DNA of 64,000 bases from assembly GCA_024346625.1 (NCBI GenBank), contig AP024665.1:1550001-1614000 (forward strand), in the 5' to 3' direction. Within the stretch, counting starts at the first letter, position 1. The number at the start of each line of letters is the position of its first letter. Source of the stretch: Williopsis jadinii (lineage: Eukaryota). The translations under genes and the position numbers were made by a program. Positions 58,553-64,000 of the stretch are shown here, piece by piece. The notes under the pieces are model-generated. The model saw only the letters and a program-made list of their open reading frames with translations. It was not told the origin of the DNA and made no database searches.

Positions 58553-58576
58553 AAAAAAATTTAGGAAGCTCATCGC
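58553..58576. promoter_or_regulatory. RRPE-like and PAC elements upstream of CIC1
   Basis: AAAAAATTT and GCTCATCGC (reverse complement of GCGATGAG) 75-100 nt upstream of a ribosome-biogenesis gene. Confidence 0.7.
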
Positions 58577-58650
58577 AGAGAGAAAACTTTCCCACGTACG
58601 AGACATAATCAATACAATCGAAACTTGTTTGCACATTACTCTGCTGGACG

Positions 58651-59859
58651 ATGGTTAAGAAGGTCAAGAGTGGCAAAGTTGTCAAGAGTGGTCCTAAGAA
58701 GACGTCCACTAAGCCAAAGGGTAAAGTGGTGAAAGCCGTGACGGTTGTGGATGCTGGTGATGCCGTTGAAGACGAGTCCGATGTTGGTGCTACTACCACC
58801 GCTGCTGTTGTTTCAATGGCCAAGAAAGGATCTTCTGATGATCTTGTTTCCAAAGATCTCATTGAGAAGGCTTTGGAGCAGTTGAAGTTGTTCATTGACC
58901 GTTCTGTAGAGGATTCAAAGGACTCTGAGAAGCAACAGCTGTTTGAAGACGAGCTCATATCTGAGATCCAACTGCAACTGACCAAGCCTTCGTTGTGGAG
59001 ATCTAAGGTTGATTTGAAGCCTCGTGTTATTGCATTGGATAGAAAAGTCACCGAGCAACCAAAGATTGCACTTTTCGTACGTGATGGTTTGATCGACAAG
59101 GAACTCTTGGAAAAAATTGAGCAGAGTGAGTTGAACAATTCGATCTCACAGATCATTGCTGGCCAAGAGTTGAAAACTACTTATAAGCCTTATGAAAAAC
59201 GTCGTCAATTAGTACAGCAGTTTGACATCTTCCTTGCAGATGATGCGCTGATCACAACGTTACCAAAGTTGTTGGGGAAGGTTTTCTACGACTCAAACAG
59301 TAAAGTTCCAGTGCCAGTTAATGTCGGAAAGAATGGATTCAACATTGAAAGGATGCAAAGAGAAGTTGCTAAGATCGTCAACGGTATCATCTATAGATTT
59401 CCAAGAAGTGACAACTTGGTGATCAAATTGGGATCTTTGGAAAACGTTAACTCTGACATTGTTTCTCAAGTCATTGCCAAGTTTGCTCCAGAATCCCTCA
59501 GAGGTGTTTTCATCAAGAGTAACAATTCTCCAGCGTTGCCATTGTACGAATCCGAGATTGCATTCACAAAGGATGATCTGCCGGAATCGAACACTGCAGT
59601 TGTCGAAACTGAGTCCCAGGATAATGTCTTGGAGATTGGGGGTGAACAAGTCAAGCTGAGTTCTTTTGAGAGAGCATTGGTCGAATTGGCTCATGACGAA
59701 CAAGTTCCACAGTTATTAGCTTCAAAGATTAAGAAAGCAAAGAAGGCAAAGAAGGAATCCGAAAAGAAGGAAAAAATTGAATCAAAGAAGTTATTGGGTG
59801 TAAACACGGAGAAGAGTAAAGTTGTGAAGAAGAGTGGTAAGTCTAAATCCAAGAAATGA
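58651..59859 (+). CDS. CIC1: Ribosomal L1-domain 60S biogenesis factor
   Basis: ELKTTYKPYEKRRQL, LPKLLGKVFY and SPALPLY motifs with K-rich ends; lies downstream of COX6 as YHR052W does. Confidence 0.85.
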   Translation: MVKKVKSGKVVKSGPKKTSTKPKGKVVKAVTVVDAGDAVEDESDVGATTTAAVVSMAKKGSSDDLVSKDLIEKALEQLKLFIDRSVEDSKDSEKQQLFEDELISEIQLQLTKPSLWRSKVDLKPRVIALDRKVTEQPKIALFVRDGLIDKELLEKIEQSELNNSISQIIAGQELKTTYKPYEKRRQLVQQFDIFLADDALITTLPKLLGKVFYDSNSKVPVPVNVGKNGFNIERMQREVAKIVNGIIYRFPRSDNLVIKLGSLENVNSDIVSQVIAKFAPESLRGVFIKSNNSPALPLYESEIAFTKDDLPESNTAVVETESQDNVLEIGGEQVKLSSFERALVELAHDEQVPQLLASKIKKAKKAKKESEKKEKIESKKLLGVNTEKSKVVKKSGKSKSKK

Positions 59860-62800
59860 ACATCAACATGGTTTCAAATCTAATCGACCGGGATGGTGTT
59901 TCACGTCGATGCCAGATATGAACATCACTATATAACGCAATAGAATATTTTCCAAAACAGCGATTCACTGGTCTTTTAGAGAAATTTGAGTTACCGAACA
60001 ATCAGTAGTAGCTGTACCAGAAATCCAAGACCAACATGCAATTAACCCATATGTTGGCGTCATAAACCTCAATTACTACCGTTTGGTCTTTCAAATGTGG
60101 AATGCACAAATCAACCAGAAGATGTATCACTTTTGATCCTGTTACAACGTTTAAGTGGACACAGCCCTTTACTGAGCTTCAGCACTGTTGACTACCTGTA
60201 GTGGCTCGCGGAGTCTGAACATGATCGCTCTTCTCCTTAAGGGGAACAGACTTTGGTCTAAGCTTATGTAGAATCGACATCTGATGCATGTGGTCTAGCG
60301 CAGAGAGTATTATGGTCCATTTGGAAGGACCCCAAACTCAAACGGTGCTCATCGATTCCAATAGATAATCGGGTTGTTAATAGTGTCCTATATGTAGTGA
60401 ATAAGTATGAACTTGTGTATTGAGAAATACTAAAACGATAATTTCCTGATGGTGAACGAATGGTCCGTATTAGCCTCCCAAGCCATGACACCATCGTCCG
60501 ACGGTCCCATGATGCATAAAATTCATAGTACGCACAACATAATGGCGAGGACATGCTACAAGCGTAATTGGATGCAAGTGGTGAAACAGACAACTGCTTA
60601 CGACCCACGGTCCAAGTATCCTCCACCAGCTCGAACTACGTGCGTATTCGACGACGTACGTAGCGTATATCATGCAAACCACATCTAGAACACAAGGAGG
60701 TGCCCAATGGTACATACGTCGTTAACCTAATTCTTCTCAAGGTGGGCCGCTTACACCCGTTGGCTGTGCAGAAGTCTTCGTCGTCAGACAGATTTCTCAC
60801 CAATCGACTCATTCGATCAACTATAAAGAAGAACGATTTGTGCAATATCTTGCAAGCTGTTATTAAAAGTTCCTTTCAAATACACCCTTTCGTTCTACAC
60901 AGGGACGTACACTGGGTGCTTCCATGTTATTTCCCTGGAGAAAAAAACAAAAAAGCATTAGGCTGTGCAAGCAGGAAAGTCAGGCGAATGCACTTATGGA
61001 ACAAAGGAGTTGACACCGAAACCACATGTACATACATACATCAAGAGGTTCAAGCTTCCAAGTCCCAAAATTCGGGAAGTTGCGATATTGATAATGTCAG
61101 ATCGCAGTGCACAGACGTGTGTACAACGAGCTTAAAGAGTTTGATCGGGCATCTAACTCTACATAGTGCATACCAACGAGGCCTATGGCTTCTACACGCA
61201 CATGGTGTGGACAGTGTATTATGTGGAATCTGGCACTGAAACGGGAGCTACCAACTGTGTGCTTTCACATTTGGTTGGCTTTGCCTTATAGTCAATTGTT
61301 GTTTATGCTAATGTAGGAAATATGGTTGCTGTTGAAAAGCAGTAGCTTCCTGGTGTACCACTGCACATTCATCGATCAATCATATAGCAATACCAATCAC
61401 GCTGTATATTGCTACCGAGGTGAAAAAACACACTTCCGTTCTGCTCTCGCCGTTCGTTATTTTAAGTTACGTTCATCGTCGAAGCATGTCTACGCACTTG
61501 TATTCTCAGAAATATCTGGAATAAGACTCAGCTAGGTGAAATAACAGGTCCGCATGAAACCTGGTTCATGCATCAAGTAGAGATGCTATTATAAAGATTG
61601 AACCGAAATTCAAGATGCAACATTCTACGCACATATCCACGTACATGTACTTTCTAGAAGGACCTAATCATGGTTCAACCATTTGAGTCATGGCTCGACC
61701 TACATTGAGAGTACATGAAAGGCCTTCCCGATGTCCCCATGATAAGTCGCACAGGTTAAACTAACCGGTTTAAGCCCAGAATTTCAACATGCATGTACAT
61801 GAACGTTCCTTCTCCAGTGTTGGACAAGCGGCGTGCTCACCTGCCCAAAAGCATTCACGAACCAATAATCTTCTTCAAAAATTGTTAATTGATTTCGGCC
61901 GAGCTGTATGAGTTATCCATAGTATATGAAGATGTAGAGGGTGTGGGCTTGTCTGTTGCAACACTTCAGAGTAGAGATGGAGCATAACTAGTATAAAGTC
62001 GGCTCGGGACGTATGTAGGACTGCATATACACTTACAGGGGGATGCGACGTTATACACTTCTAAACTGTTTTCGTCAGTGGAAGTCTTTGAAGTAAATTC
62101 TAACTTTATCTTCATTAACATCGATTTTTTGAGCAAAGTGAATCACTCAGGAGTTTGAATAGGTCCACGGTCCGTGGTCTAGCTAAAATCGTGACAGGTG
62201 TACATAGCTAGGTATGTATTTAGCACTACGTAGAAGAAGGAAAAAAAAAATACCAGTTAAACGTTTGGAAGTACATTTTTGGTGGGAGTGCCAGTATGGG
62301 GTGGCAGGACCGAGGTGTTTCACACAGTTATTGTAAAATCTACAATAGTGGTGGATCTCATTGTTGATGGCCTTCAATTTACTACTGAAAGGAAGTGGTC
62401 TTGCGTAAGAGTTTACGAATACCAGCATCTCCTTGTTGCGGAAATGTGATATACTGGTACACCTTGTTTTGATGTGAACTTAATAATTGTCTCTATCAGA
62501 AAACAGGGACTATTCAAATGAAAGATGAAGTACGGATTTCAGCCCCTACAGCGTGTGTTCAATGTCCAAGTTTTTGTAAAAATGTCCCAACCCTCATACA
62601 TGTGTGCCTCATGTCCACAACTAGTACTGAATGACCAGAATGCAGATTTCACATTGAGAATTATAAAACTTACGACGGGGTTATTCACTTTTAACGTCCG
62701 ACTTCCCCAATTATGGACAACATGTTGTGGTAAAACATGGACTGCTGCCCTAGACTCAGCCTTATCTTGGGTGTCTGTTTCTTCCCCATTGTCAAATAAC

Positions 62801-64000
62801 AGGTGTATACGAAAAGGACAAACCAACATAGCTAGCCATCCAAGAAAATACGCAGTGCCTAAATATTGCTAATTAAATCTTAGGCACCAGGAAATCTTAC
62901 AAATATCTGCGATAAATACAAGGTCAGATGACTAAGGTTATCGTAATACCAGTAGTTAAATCTCTAGATTATTAGACTCGGACGCAGAAGACTACTGGAA
63001 TGTCGGCGTAGTTGACTGATGAGCTAATTAATGACGAAGTGTACATACATATGTGCTATTTGACCAACCTTGTATGTAAATAACAGTTATAGCTTATGGT
63101 TCTATCATGCTTAATCGTTTCTCGCCGTAATTCAACGCCATGACCTTCATGCAATGTCACACAGCGTTTGTAGACGAACACCTTGATATTTACCTCCTTC
63201 TCGTCCCTGCCACATCACAGCGATTTACTCTCAACGGTGTTGATGAGATAATTTAGGTCTATTGTAGGTTTCTGCTTCATCACATAAAACACCTTTTATT
63301 TTATACACCTTTCTTTGTTTGCTTTTCTAATGTGCCACGCAAACCATAGCTGATCTTTGTTCATAGCTTAGTGAGGAAAGCTCGACACAACAGAAAACGG
63401 TCGAATCTACCGTTTGTAACTGTTGGTAGTTCCCAAAAGAGTCTATCCCGTTCAGTCGAAATAAACTTTTGTCCACAGCAACGTAATACACTATCGTGCG
63501 CTAGTATACATGTCTCTTTTGCTTTATGACGAAAACTGCTCAAATCTGGGACAATCAGCTGGACTAGGTTTGTTTCTTGCACGGCTTGTGCATATTTTGT
63601 CAGACATCTGAAGAAAATTGAAAGGACAAGAGCTGAAAGCCACTTCAGCTGGAGAAAACTAAAAAGGAGGTGGATTGTTGGCATTGATGTATTTGCGAGT
63701 CTATGGTGAAGTCTTGATCATCCAGATGAGAACATCAAAAAGATCACCGAGCTACACTATAGACGAACCATTTTAAGAGAATTTAGAGCTAATGCTTAAT
63801 GTCTGAGACCTTGATGCACCAGAGCTGATGGAATGGAACATTTTTATAGCAACAAGTATTCAGAATGTTCAGAATTCAACCGCTATTCAGCTGGCAGTTC
63901 TTTTGTTGGAACAGTCAATGAAGGTCTTGTATGAGGTTGAAGGAAGGCTTCGGGTTTTCAAAGGGGTTTTAAAGCTCAGATAACATTCGGAGCTCAAATC

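Noticed and set aside
60700..61239. 179 aa ORF in the terminal gene-poor region
   Set aside because: GTG start, no recognisable domain, and composition typical of a chance ORF.

Overview
Eukaryotic, budding-yeast (Saccharomycotina) chromosomal DNA. CUG reads as Leu at conserved positions, and introns are short (56-92 nt) with GTAAGT/GTGAGT/GTTAGT donors. A Cyberlindnera/Wickerhamomyces-like yeast is plausible but is my inference only. The left 25 kb is a housekeeping block in the same order and orientation as S. cerevisiae YHR023W-YHR031C (MYO1, MAS2, THR1, VMA16, RPN1, DAP2, SLT2, RRM3), with a Rbf1-like WRKY/GCM1 factor where YHI9 sits, followed by SDS3-KTR7/5. From 29.6 to 46.4 kb lies an accessory island: a tandem array of five GPI-anchored yapsin-type aspartyl protease genes (3 intact, 2 pseudogenes, apparently a reciprocally inactivated A-B duplication). 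One yapsin carries a nine-unit [KD]ER-delimited peptide array in its processing loop. The island also has a hAT transposase remnant and two copies of a ~1.4 kb repeat ending in a G.U-rich structured segment. The right part has RPL9, a 2-hydroxyacid dehydrogenase, a GDP1-type (NADP-signature) GAPDH, an orphan mitochondrial-like protein, a DHA1 MFS transporter, COX6, ELF1 and CIC1, then about 4 kb with no recognisable gene. Six introns missed by the ORF track were reconstructed. I found no tRNA, rRNA or CRISPR array.
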